Assembly (NCBI GenBank): GCA_002104945.1
Contig: MCFH01000008.1
Span: 310,001 to 374,000, forward strand
DNA length: 64,000 nucleotides
From: Piromyces finnis finn
Taxonomy: Eukaryota; Fungi; Neocallimastigomycota
Direction of reading: 5' to 3'
Shown here: positions 14,128-26,862 of the stretch, piece by piece
Numbering within the stretch: position 1 is the stretch's first letter
Layout: each line of letters starts with the position of its first letter
Program-made: the position numbers and the translations under genes
Notes under the pieces: generated by a model
Databases searched by the model: none
What the model was told of the DNA's origin: nothing
What the model saw: the letters and a program-made list of their open reading frames with translations, nothing else

Positions 14128-15140
14128 AATGAGCTGCCTGAAATGATGTTTCATATTATTTATTATTTTTATTCGCTATTCAGTATTTTTTTTTGTAAAT
14201 ACATTAACTAGACCCAAAATAAATTCAAGATAACATTTGTTTAGTTCATTTAAAAATCAATATTAATCCAAAATACTTTGTTTAAAGTAAATTTTAAGCG
14301 CTAACTAATAATTGAAATTTAAAGGGTTAAAATTAATAAAATTTTAATTTCAAGAGATTATAACCCTTAAATAAAAAAAAATAGTTGATATTATAGTAAA
14401 AATATCTTCTAAGGTCTTCAAATCAGCTTTTCATAAAGTTATTATTAAGCCGAAAGTTTATAATGTGAGAGTGAGAGTGTATGGGAATTAAAATTGTATA
14501 ACTTTTTTTTTATAATAAGATATATAAAAATATACAAGATTTTAGTTAAAAATAAGTTTTAATCATTTGTGTAACTACTAACATTAAAGTTTAATGATTC
14601 ACCCAATAATAATTAATAAAATTAGTTATTATAAAAAAAGACTTAACATTTACTGCTTTACACAGGCCTTCCTTTTTTATAATTTATTATCAGGCTAATT
14701 GTATAAAGACAATGAAAAGAGAGTTTATTATAGATAGTTTATAATTTAGTATTAATGTTATGATATATATAATATGTATCTTTTATATAGTGAATGAATT
14801 CAATTTTTAGTTTTTTGTGTGAATTACTAAATTCATGAATATTACAAATACTAAAAATGAGTATAGGTTTATTTCAATAATACGATTTTTTTTTTTTTCT
14901 AATTATTTTATTTTATAACAGTTCTTTTTTTATTATCCTTTTATTTTGATATAATAATAACAAGTTATATATTTAATACCTTTTTTTTTTTTTTTAAAAA
15001 ATAAGATTATCTGTTTCATATTCAATAATGAAATTTTATTTGTTTATAATCTAACCTTTGATAATTTTAAATTAATTATTTTAAAAGTTATTTACTATTA
15101 ATTCTATCTTTTTATTACATTATGCATTTTTAATAAAAAA

Positions 15141-16015
15141 ATGTTTCAGTCTCATATACACATTCAGAAGAGAAAAGGTTCAAAAGGAACTTCCAGATTT
15201 CAATATTTACAAGATTTAGTAAATGAATTTCAAGAAACTCAAAGTATAGGTACAAAAAATATTAATAAATAAAACCAAACTTAATAATTCTTTATTAAAT
15301 CTGTATTATAAAAATCTTGATTTCAAAATATTAATTTTAAAGAGGACAAACAGCAAATAATTGCAAATTTAGCAAATTTTTCTTATGATCCTATAAATTA
15401 TAATTGGCTATGGGAATTAAATGTTATAGACTTATTCTTAGGTAAAAAAGAAAAGAAAAGAAAAAAAAAATTATATATTTTATTTAAAATTTTAAAGAAT
15501 AAAAAATAACAATTAATTATATTTCAGATTGTTTAGTGGAAGAAAATTTAATGTTACAAGAATTAGCTATTGGAGGAATTTGTAATTTATGTATTGGTAA
15601 TAATAATAATAATATATAAATTTAAAAAAATTTCTTTTTATAATAAAGTATTCATATATTCATTTATGTTAGATCCAAGGTTTCATTCGTATATAGTTGA
15701 AAATGATGGAATAAAACTGATAAATTCATGTTTAACTAGTTCAGTATTAGAAATTGTAATAACGGCAATAATGACTTTATTATTGTTACTATCAGATGAT
15801 TGCCGTTCAGGTATATTTATACGTTCCATAAATACTATTTATTGTGATTTTTGTATTTTTTTTTTTAAAGCTAATTTAAATATTATACAAATATATTAGA
15901 TATTCTAACAAGAGAAAATAGAAATTGTTTAATCGAATTTTCAAAATCAAATCAAAGTAGATTATCAACTATTGCAAATCTTTTTTTAAAAGACCATTTT
16001 AATTATGCTATTTAA
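15141..16015 (+). CDS. ARMC7: Armadillo repeat-containing protein 7, 5 exons
   Basis: Spliced product [94 protein letters not shown].. contains the ARMC7 signature [26 protein letters not shown]. Confidence 0.92.
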
Positions 16016-16403
16016 TATTATTTTTTAATTGTAATTTAATAATTATATATAATGTATTATATATACATATATATATATAAAGATACCCTTTTATATAAAT
16101 AAATTATTTTTATATTAATGTCTTTAAGGTTATATGCTATTTTATATTTTTATATGTATTAATAATTTAGAATTTTAAATAAAGATTTAAATAAAATTTA
16201 AACTTGTTTTTTTTCTTTTAAATTGTTCTATTATTATTATTATTATTATTATTAATCATCAACAACAACATTATCAATCATTTAAATATACTTTTTATTA
16301 AAATATTTACTTATCATTTATTTAAAAACTTTATTATGCTAATTTCTGCTTTTTTTTTTTTTTTTTTTTTAAAAAAAATGGATGAAAAATTTGTAATTTC
16401 AAA

Positions 16404-16417
16404 CCAATAACCAATCA
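16404..16417 (+). promoter_or_regulatory. Tandem CCAAT boxes upstream of HOM6
   Basis: CCAATAACCAATCA about 110 bp upstream of the ATG at 16524. Confidence 0.5.
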
Positions 16418-16523
16418 AACAATTTTATTTAAAAAAATATTAAAAGATTTAAAGTTTCAAAAAATTTTATCTACTACTACTCAATATCAAAAACTATTAA
16501 TTTAATAGTAAAATTGAAATAAA

Positions 16524-18195
16524 ATGACTGTCACTTTAAACATTGGTATCATTGGTCCAGGTGAATATTATTTAAAAATCAATATTAAATGATGAAAAAT
16601 GTTTAATCAAGATTCACACTATAATTTAGGATTTATTATTATTTTTTTTAAAAAAATATTAACTATAAATGATTTCAAAAAAAAAAAAAAAACTTAAAAC
16701 AAAATTTTTGATGAAATAATAATTGAAAAAAAAAAAATTAAATTGTGAATGAAATCAATAAAGATTTTTTTTAGAAGAATCAAATATTGAAAATAGATTA
16801 TAATACTATACATATTAAAATGATATTTAATCAGTTTTATTATTATTTTTTTTAAAGAGGTAGAGAAAAGTATAAATATTAATTTTTTTTTCATAATAAT
16901 ATCATAAATAAATAAAAAGGTTACATTGGTTCTGAATTCCTTAGACAAGTTAACCAATACCAAATTAAGCACGGTTTTGACAAATTAGCTGTTATTGCTG
17001 TTGCTGAACTTGACCGTTTATGGCTTCACCAACCAACCGCTGAAGCCCCAGGTATTGATCTTAGCACCTGGAAGGACACTTTCGCTAACATTAAGGACAA
17101 GCCAGATCTTAATGCTTTTGCTAGTCACTTAGCTTCTCACCAACCAGCTGTTCTTGTTGATACTACTGCTAGTCAATTTGTTGCTTCCCAATACCCAGCT
17201 TGGTTAAAGCAAGGTCTTCACATTGTTACTCCAAACAAGAAGGCTTTCTCTGGTGATTTAGCTTTATTCAAGGAAATCCAATCCCTTTCCGCTCAACGTC
17301 CAGGTGAAGAATACCCAATGGTCTTCCACGAATCTACTGTTGGTGCTGGTTTACCAGTTCTCGACACTTTAAAGAACTTAGTTGCCACTGGTGATAAGAT
17401 TGTTAAGATTGAAGGTATCTTCTCTGGTACTCTTTCCTACCTCTTCAATGTATTCTCTCCATCCAATGGTCCAGCTTCTGACGCTAAGTTCTCTGATATT
17501 GTTAAGGATGCCAAGGCTAAGGGTTACACTGTAAGTAGTAATTAATAATTAATCATTAAAAATCGAGAAAAATATTAAATTATTTAAAAAAAATTAAAAT
17601 TATGCTTAATAGGAACCAGATCCAAGAGATGACTTAAACGGTTTAGATGTTGCCAGAAAGGTTACCATCTGTGGTCGTTTAGCTGGTTTAGATTTATCTA
17701 TGGAAAACTTAGATATTGAAAATATTGTTCCAGAAGAATTACGTGCTCTTAAGACTGCTGATGAATTCCTTGCTGCTTTACCAAAGTACGATGAACACTT
17801 TGCTAAGCTTAACGAAGAAGCTCGTAAGAGAAACGAAGTTCTCCGTTACGTTGGTGTCTGTGATCCAAACGGTACTAGCTCTGTTAAGTTAATGAGGTAA
17901 GTGACACAAAAAAAAAAAAAGATGATTATTTCTGGGATTCATGAACCAAATAGCTAATAATAATGATAATATATATATTTTAAAATTATAAATGTTTAAA
18001 TAAATAATAAATAGCTACCCAACCTCTCACCCATTCGCTTCTCTTAAGGGTAGTGACAACATTATTGCCTTTACCACTGAACGTTTCGTTAACCCATTAA
18101 TTATTATTGGTGCTGGTGCTGGTGATGCTGTTACTGCTTTCGGTATTTTCTCTGATGTTCTCCAAATCTACGGTAGAGTTACCTACGGTCGTTAA
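16524..18195 (+). CDS. HOM6: Homoserine dehydrogenase (monofunctional, fungal type), 4 exons
   Basis: N-terminal IGIIGPGYIG Rossmann motif, plus [54 protein letters not shown] and GAGAGDAVTA. Codon usage is typical of highly expressed genes. Confidence 0.96.
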
Positions 18196-18577
18196 ATTCA
18201 ATTTATATCAAAATCCATAAAACAACGACATTAAACAAAATGTTTAAGAAATAATTCATTAAACAATCAATTCCTAATAATCCAAAAAAAGAAAAAAAAA
18301 ATGGAAAGGAACAAAATGAAAATAATTTCATAACAATGCATTTTATATACACATAATAAGCAAAACAAGTTGCTAAAAAAAAAAAAAAGCAAGATAAAAT
18401 AAATCATATAATTGAAAAATAATATTTTTTTTTTTTATTGAGTTTATATATATATAAAACAAGAATATGTATATACAATTACTACATATTTTAAAATTTT
18501 TTAAGTGTAAATTTATGATAAAGATAAAGGCATAAGTGTTAGTGAAATATACGATTCATATTATCCTAGCATAAGGT

Positions 18578-19249
18578 TTATTTAAGACCTAAAAGTTTTC
18601 TAAAGTCATCATTGGATTTAGAGGTAGAAGCAGCAGAGGTAGTTTTAGTTTCATCCTTGGATGGTTCAGATTCATCCATTTTTGGCTTTTTATTTTGAAT
18701 TTTAAGTTTAGTTGTAGGTCTTGTTTGGAAAGAACGATTAATCATTCTTCTTGGGAGCATAGGTTTCATTTGTTGAATTTTTTTCTGTTGATTTTGTTTT
18801 TGTTTAAGTGCACTATAAAAAAAAAAAAAAACATATTTTTTAAAATGGGATTAGTTTATTAGAGATGAATGAGATTTTATAAAAAAGTGTGAGTGAGGAG
18901 GAGGAGAAACTTACGTTTTATTTCTATTATCTGAAATTGTCACATTAATAATTCTTCCATCTATTTCGGTACCGTTAACCGCAAGACCTTTCATAGCACT
19001 TTCCTATTATATTTATTATAAGTTGTAGTGGTTTAAATTATCCATTCTATTTTTACTTTTTTTTTTTTTTTTTTATAATGTAATATATTTTAATGTTTTT
19101 TGCCTACTTTATCAAGATATTCAATAAATCCTGTACCAACTGGTTGATTATTGGCTTTAGTAATTAATCTTACATCCTTGACTTCACCATACTAAATTTA
19201 TAAATAGGATGAATAACATTGTTAATATATATTTTATAGATTTAAAGAT

Positions 19250-19292
<43 letters not shown>

Positions 19293-19432
19293 TATATATA
19301 TATATACCTGTGAAAATAGTTCTTTTAATTTTTCGGCATTAATACTAAATGGAAGATTACTTAAATAAAGTTCTTTGTAATCTTGTCTGTGATAAATAAA
19401 TTATTTAGTTATATAATCCATTAAATTATTTA

Positions 19433-19518
<86 letters not shown>

Positions 19519-22500
19519 GTTCATAGATTGTTGTGTAAAAAAAAAAAAAAAAAAAAGAAATAAATAAATGATAATAGCAATATAATAAAATTACTTTATT
19601 TCTGTCTTATTTTCGGCTTTTTTTAATGAAGGATTTGAAATAGCAACTTCAATTATTTTACCATTAACCTCTGTATTATTTAATACTAAACTTGCTTTAG
19701 ACTCTTCCTATTTTTATAGAATAATAACATCAGTAAAAAAAAAAAAAGAAAAAAAAAATAAAGAGAATATCATCATCAATATATTTTCTTTGGATATATA
19801 TACACATATTTTTTAATAATATATATAATATATAAGTTTAATAATAAAAAATAAAAGAAAATAAAAATTTCTTACCGAATTTTCAAAATCAATATAAGCA
19901 AAAGCTCTGTTATTTCTGTACATTAAACGAATATCTTTTATATTACCATACTTTTTTTTTTTTTTTTAAATTAGAATAAATTAGTAAATAGTATTGTATG
20001 AAAATAGGGTAAAAACTATTGAATCAGGTAACATTATATAAAAAAAAAAAATTATTATATTGTATATACCTTTTCAAACATTTCTCTTAATTCATTTTTT
20101 TTTATTGTTGGTGGTAATTTATTAACATATACGGTTTCTGGATTTTCGTTTTTATTTAACCATGGCTTTTTCTTTTCTGATTTTATTGGTTCTCTATTTT
20201 AATTTTGTCATTAATAAATATTCATAAATAAATAAATTTAATTAAAAATAAAAATATAAAAAAAAAAAAAAAAAAAAAAATAGTTACAATTTTGGTTTTT
20301 TTTCTTCTTTTTTATCTGCTTCTTCAGACTTTTCAATCTTCATATCATTATCACTATTTTCAGCTTTTTCTTCTTTTTCTATGGTATTTTCACCACAGTC
20401 ATTATTATTTTTATCTTCTTTTTCTATAATATTCTCATTGTCGTTGTTGATATTTTCATCACCTTTCTTATTACTTTTTTCATCTTTTTAAAATTATTTT
20501 TTGATATTATTAATTTTATTTTATCAATTTCCCCCCTATTACAATATGCATTTTTAATTTATAATATACTTTTTTTTTTTTTTTTAAATACCTTTTCTTT
20601 TCTTATTTTGATTTTGACTGTCATTATCTGTTGTGTTATCACGTTTTCTTTTTATTCCGTTATTTTTTTTATTATTTTTCTCTTCCTGTGTACCTTTTTT
20701 CTGTTTCTGCTTATTTAATAAGTGATTATAAAAAAAAAAAAATCGTTTCAGTAATATGTAAAAAAAAAAAAAAAAAAAAAAATATTAAATATAACACAAA
20801 CATTATCTCTATGCTTTTGCAATTGTTGGTATTGATAATATTGTTGGTACATGTATTCATCTGAAACATTTTCATAGTATATACCCTAAAAAAATAAAGG
20901 TTTTTATGAATAATACTATTATAAGATTAATTAAAATTATGAATTAGACGACCTACATCATTTTCTAATTTTTGTTTATATTGTTCAATTAAATATTGGT
21001 ATTGATAATAAGTTTGTAAATCGCTATTTTCTTGATTAAATTCATTCCATTTATTTAAAAATTTCATTGGATTATCTAAATGTCTTCTATAATTTGATTT
21101 AAATATTTGTCCAATGATTGTATCATTTCCTTGTTGTCTATAAGTACAAAAAAAAAAAAAAAAAAAAAAAAAGAAAATTTATTAACAAAATAAAAATATT
21201 TTTTTTTTTTCATTAAATGTTATCATTATTAATAGGTACTCTTCAAAATTAATATAAGAAAGCCATAATGCAGTATTTGTTCCGATTTTCTTTGTGAACT
21301 CTTCAAATAATTTTCTTGTATTTTCAATATCATTAAATTTCTTCAACTTTAGAAAAAAAATTTTTTTTTAAAATAAAAGTAAATTTCATAGTTTATTTAT
21401 AGGATTATGGTTTTTTAATATATATATATATATATAGATAGATATTTGACTTACTTCAGTATTTATCCATAATGTTTCAATACGACCCTTGGGATCTCCT
21501 GGGTTAAAGTCTTTTACCAAAAAAAAAAAAAAAAAAAATTAAATAGGAATTAAAATTTATGATTTTGTTATCGGGACTATATTCAATTGACTTAGCTAGT
21601 ATTATGAATACTTACAAGTTTCAATTTCAACTATTTTTTCATTAAATAAATTTCTAAAGTATTCAATTTTTTCATTATCCTTGTTTTCTTTAAAGATAAA
21701 TATTTATATCACCCATACATATATATATATTGTATTTTTGTATTTTAATATAATAAATATTATAAATGGAAAAAAATTTTTTTCTTTTTTTTTAAAATAA
21801 TTAATAATACTACCATTCCAATTTATTTCATTTAATTCATGCTTTATTTTACTGATAACAACTTCTATATAATTGTTCATATCATTCATAATTAATTGAT
21901 GTCCTAAAGCTTTATTATAGATATTTACTATTTCTTCTCTAGAACCCTTGTTTAATTTCTAGATAATAATAATAATAATAATAATAAAAGATATATTATA
22001 TTAATATTAGGTATGCGGTAGGTGTTATTTATTAATGAATGATAATAATTGACTTTTACTTTTATATTGGCGTAATGAATCCAAAGTTTACCACTCCATG
22101 GACAATTTTTAACGGCTCTTTCACATATATTAAATAAGACTGTTTTTACATTCATTTTATTAATCTGTGGTAAAATTAATTTTAGTATTGAATTTTTAAT
22201 TTGATTTAACGTATCTATTATCATTTTTATCATTTTTATTGATTACTTACAATGAATAAAATATATTTTTCCCATAATGAAGGATCAAGACAATGAATTG
22301 ATATAGCTCTTTCGAATAACATTCTTGTTTGATTAACTTCAACAAACTTTTGATTCAATTCATAATTAATATAATCATAAAAATTTTTAATTGTATTTGG
22401 ATCTTCCAACTAACGAAATTTATAGTATATGTACAAAAAAAAGAAAAGGAAAATAATTTAATAAATTATATTGTATTTGATATATAGACTTTTTTTTTTT

Positions 22501-23316
22501 TTTTTTTAAAAAAAAACATTAATTAGATATAGTCGTGTTAAAATCGTAATTGTTTGATGATCTTACAATTTTATCTTCAAACTTTTGTCTATCCTTTAAT
22601 TGATATTTGATTTTGGAAACTTTTTTACTAGCAGAAACTAAATTCTTTTCATAATTTTCATTATTATAGTTACTTTGGAAATTAGAATAACTGTTCAAAG
22701 TTTCATCAATATCTTTATATATAACATAACATAGATGTTGATAATATTAAAATAAAAGAGGTTAGTTCCTATTTTTTCCCATTATAATTGTTGTTATTAC
22801 TATTTTTTTTTTCGAGATGTTTTTTTATATTTCATTGGTTCTATTTACCGAAATGAGGTATTTTAAATCTTTCTGAAAACATTTCTTCTATCATTTTAAT
22901 TTTTTCAGGGCTAAATATAAATATAAGTGTAAATAAATATAAGAATAAAAGAAAATAAATTATTAATTACATAAAAAAAAAAAAATTTTTTTTGTAATAT
23001 TAATAAATAGTCTTTTTTTTTTATAGTAAAAAATTACCTTGGATTTTCCTTATTATTATATATATTATGGTTTAATGATTTAAATATTGTATTAGTATTA
23101 AATATTTATTTATTCGAAATACTATATATATATATAAAAGGTAAAATAGTTTACTTTTAAGAGTTGTAATTCAAAATTTTTATAAATATTCCATGTAATA
23201 TGACTCTATAATTGCAAAAATTGACAAAAAATATATTTTTAACGTTAATATATATATAATGGGTAAGATAATGTATATTGTCTTTTCTTTCTTTTTTTCT
23301 TTTTTTTTTCTTTTCT

Positions 23317-23348
<32 letters not shown>

Positions 23349-24306
23349 CAAATTTACATTGGCTAAATCAAATTTTGTTAAATTGAGAGCTCTTTGACAC
23401 AATTTTTGTATTTCATTCACATTTAATAATGGTTCTTCTTCTTCTTCCTTACTAGTATTGTATTCTTCAATAACATATTCCAAATATTCTTTCCAAACAT
23501 TAATAGCTGTAAAAAATATAATTGAACATTTTTTTTTTTTAAAAAAAAATAATTGAAGGAATTAATTCGAAATTTTAAATTTTATAAAACAATGGGTATA
23601 TAAATATTAATATATATTAATATAAAATTAATAATAATTAATAGTTAATATATTATAAAAATTATATATTTCTAATTATAGAATTTAATTAGTTTACAAT
23701 AATAATCTTTAAATGAAGACTCGTATAATTTCAAGATTTCTTTTTTTTCTTCTGGGGTACATGCAACACGTTTCTCGTCATTAATCCATTCTAACCATAA
23801 TGCTAGATATATACACATAATATTTATATAAATTATTGATATTCTAATTAAGTTACTATTATAAAAAAATACCTTCCGATAATGGAAAAATATTTTTCAT
23901 GTTATTTCTTGCTGTTCTTAATTCCTCAAATTTCCCCATTTCTCTTAATTTTTCAATGTATTTTACATGTAAATCATAAGACAACGGATTTTCATTTAAC
24001 TATAATATATATATATATATATACAACAAATTTATTCGTATAAGTTTTTTATAAACCTAATGTATTGATATTCATATATTTAAATAATTTCATTTATAAA
24101 TTAAAAAAAGTTAAAATTAATATTTAAAGGTTTTATCCTATTACATTTGTTAACATTTCATTTAATATTTTATTATTTTCTTTTTCTTTTTCTAAAAATT
24201 CTTCATCATCCGAAGAATTATATAAATCGGAATCAGAATCAGAATCCAAAGAATCCGATAAGTTTTCCTTATTTAAATTTTCATTACTTTCGATTGAATC
24301 TTCCAT
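18578..24306 (-). CDS. SART3: SART3/Prp24 U4/U6 snRNP recycling factor (HAT repeats plus RRMs), many exons
   Basis: N-terminal ENPLSYDLHVKYIEKLR..ARNNMKNIFPLSEALWLEWINDE, HAT motifs (LFERAISIHCLDPSLWEKY, CERAVKNCPWSGKLWIHY) and RRMs (LYLSNLPF, PTGFIEY). C-terminal LSm-binding motif KSNDDFRKLLGLK*. A few internal splice sites in the low-complexity middle are uncertain. Confidence 0.92.
19435..19518. repeat. (TAT)n microsatellite in a SART3 intron
   Basis: Continuous TTA/TAT triplet run. Confidence 0.9.
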
Positions 24307-24790
24307 TGTAAATTAAAATTCTTTATAATAATTCAATTGCTTAACAAATAGTTATATTTTTAATTTTATAATAAAAAAATTTATTATTTTTTTTTTTAAA
24401 AAAAAAAAAAAAAAAATTAAAATTAAAATTTATATATTTTATAATTAAAATTTTATTTATTAACTTATTTAATAACAATTTTTATAAAAGATAATTAATG
24501 GATAAATGGATGATGATGGTAATAGTAATGAAAAACAAAATACATATAAATCGAATTAAAAAAAAAGAAATAATCGATAATTAGATAATTAAAAAATTAG
24601 ATAAAATGCAATGTTTATATGTTTATATATAAATAATAGATAATATCCAAGTGAAAAACAATATGAATTAATATTGATTCGTTAATTGTATGGATAAAAG
24701 CTTAATGCTAATATTCATTACAATAATATTAATAATTAAAAAAAAAAAAAAACTTTTTTTTTTTTATAAAGATGTATATTGCTATTTTTT

Positions 24791-24957
24791 CTAGTATCGA
24801 ATGACATGGAATACAAAAGATTTTATAATAAGGATTGATTCAATAAACGCTGGTATAACACTAAAGTTATATATTTTATAAAAAAAAAAAAAAGATTAGT
24901 ATATTGATTTTAATATTATGAAGATATGAATAATTAATCTTTTAGGACTCATAATTG

Positions 24958-24988
<31 letters not shown>

Positions 24989-26020
24989 GGTATTATTAAT
25001 ATTACTAATATTAATAATAATATTATTGTTATTGATGTTTTAGAGTTTATGCGATTCTTACCTGCAAAAACTAAATATATATAGATATACAATGAAATGC
25101 CACCTTTCAATTATAAAACAAGAAATTAAGATTGTTGCAATAGCATGTAAAAAAGAGTCTATTAAGAAAAAAAATCATAAAATTTTTATTAGAATAATTA
25201 GTATCCATGAATACATAAATGATAAATGGGTATTCAAAGGCTTTTTAATATTTAATTTAATAATGAACCACGTACGAATAATATTTGCTTTTCCATTAAA
25301 CATTGTAATTCCTGAAAAAAATCCAAATAATTCAACAAAGAAACAAAACCATGAAAGTATAATATAGATGGTTAATCTTTTTTTTTTTTTTTTTTTTTTT
25401 TTTTTCATATTTATATGCAGTAAAGTATTATTGTTCATATTATACAAGTTAGAAGAAATAATATTTTAGTTTTTAATGATGAATAGTTTTATTGAAATAG
25501 TTAAAAAGTATATTCCTATTGTATGCTGTTGATAATTACCTTTTATTAACAATGGAATAATTTTGTTCTGTAGTCATTAAAGGTAAAGAATGTCTTATAT
25601 TGCCTTCCTTTTTTTTTTTTTTAATCAAATCAGTAGTTATTTTTTTTTAATAAAAATAGAAATATATATAATATATATCAAATTAATATTTTTATTTTTT
25701 ATTTTTATAAAAAAAAAAAAAAAAACGACTAAAAAATAAAATTATTATTGAATTATTATTGATTTTAATGAGAATGCATTTAGTAATAGGAAATAATGAA
25801 TTATAAAGTGTCTTTAAATGTTGTCATTTAAACAAAAAACAAAAAAAAAAAAAAGATAATAAAATAAATATGTATATATAAAATATTTATAAAATATTGA
25901 TGATTTCTTTTTTTAAATATTTACTTTAGTAATAAAAACCATTATTGAAGAAATAATGTGAGCAATTGTTGCTAGAAATCGAGAAGGAATAATAGTTCCT
26001 GCTGCGGTATGTCTTTTCAT
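24791..26020 (-). CDS. TMEM107: Transmembrane protein 107 (ciliary transition zone, MKS module), 5 exons
   Basis: Spliced product MKRHTAAGTIIPSRFLATIAHIISSIMVFITKEGNIRHSLP..VELFGFFSGITMFN..LHAIATILISCFIIERWHFIVYLYIFSFCSVIPAFIE..RY* matches recalled TMEM107 motifs PSRFL..AH, GF-SG-SMFN, F-ERW and FCS-LPA-TE. Confidence 0.9.
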
Positions 26021-26862
26021 AGTTAACATTTTGGAAAATAATTGTATCTTTTGTCTTTGTATAAAAATTTTATTTAGTTTTTTTTTTTAAAATAGATATT
26101 AGATATTTCAATCTTTTATATCTTTTGGTATGATTATGCTATATAAATATATATAAAATAGTAATCTAGTATTATATATACAATCCCTCTCTTTTTTTTT
26201 TAAAAAAAGTAAAAAAGTAATTATTCATATAATTTTAATTTATAAAAAAAAAAATATAATATTTTTTATGGATAATTAATTAAAGTTTAATCCTAAATAT
26301 TATTTAAATTTTTTATATTAATTTTTTTTTTTAAATTTTCTATAATAATAAAATTAAAAAAAAAAAAAAAAAAATTAAAAAGCACAAGGAATGAAAGAAT
26401 TATTTTGTTAAAAGAAATTACAACCACTTAACAATAGGAAAGAACCAACGTTTCTCTAAAAACCACCATTGAGGCTTACTCTGATTAATTGATGATTGAT
26501 GGGAGAAATGCACTCGGAAGTTAAACATTTTATTATTTAAAATTTATTATTTAAAATTTATTTATTTTATTTATTTATTATGCTTATATGATGATGATTA
26601 TAATTTTTCTTTTTATTTATTTTCTATAATTAGTGAGTTAAAATCTTTACTATTTTAAAAAATAGAATATTATCCAAAATGTTTAAAGTAGAGGGAGGGT
26701 AGGTATGATTTTAAATATTAATAAAATATTTTTAAAATTGGATGTTTTTTTTTTTTTGTTTTTTTTTTTATTATTATTATTAGGTAGTAGATTTATTATT
26801 ATTAAAAAGAAAATAGTCCATTTATTGATTTTCTTTTTTTTTTTTTTTTAGTTCTCAATAAT

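Noticed and set aside
14317-14372. AGGGTTAA..TAACCCTT resembling piggyBac or telomeric ends
   Set aside because: The arms face the wrong way for element termini, no partner ends or tandem copies were found, and it is only a small hairpin.
26400-26525. U3 or U8 snoRNA identity for the GC island
   Set aside because: U3 boxes A, A' and B and a terminal box D are missing; the U8-like resemblance is only a few bases.
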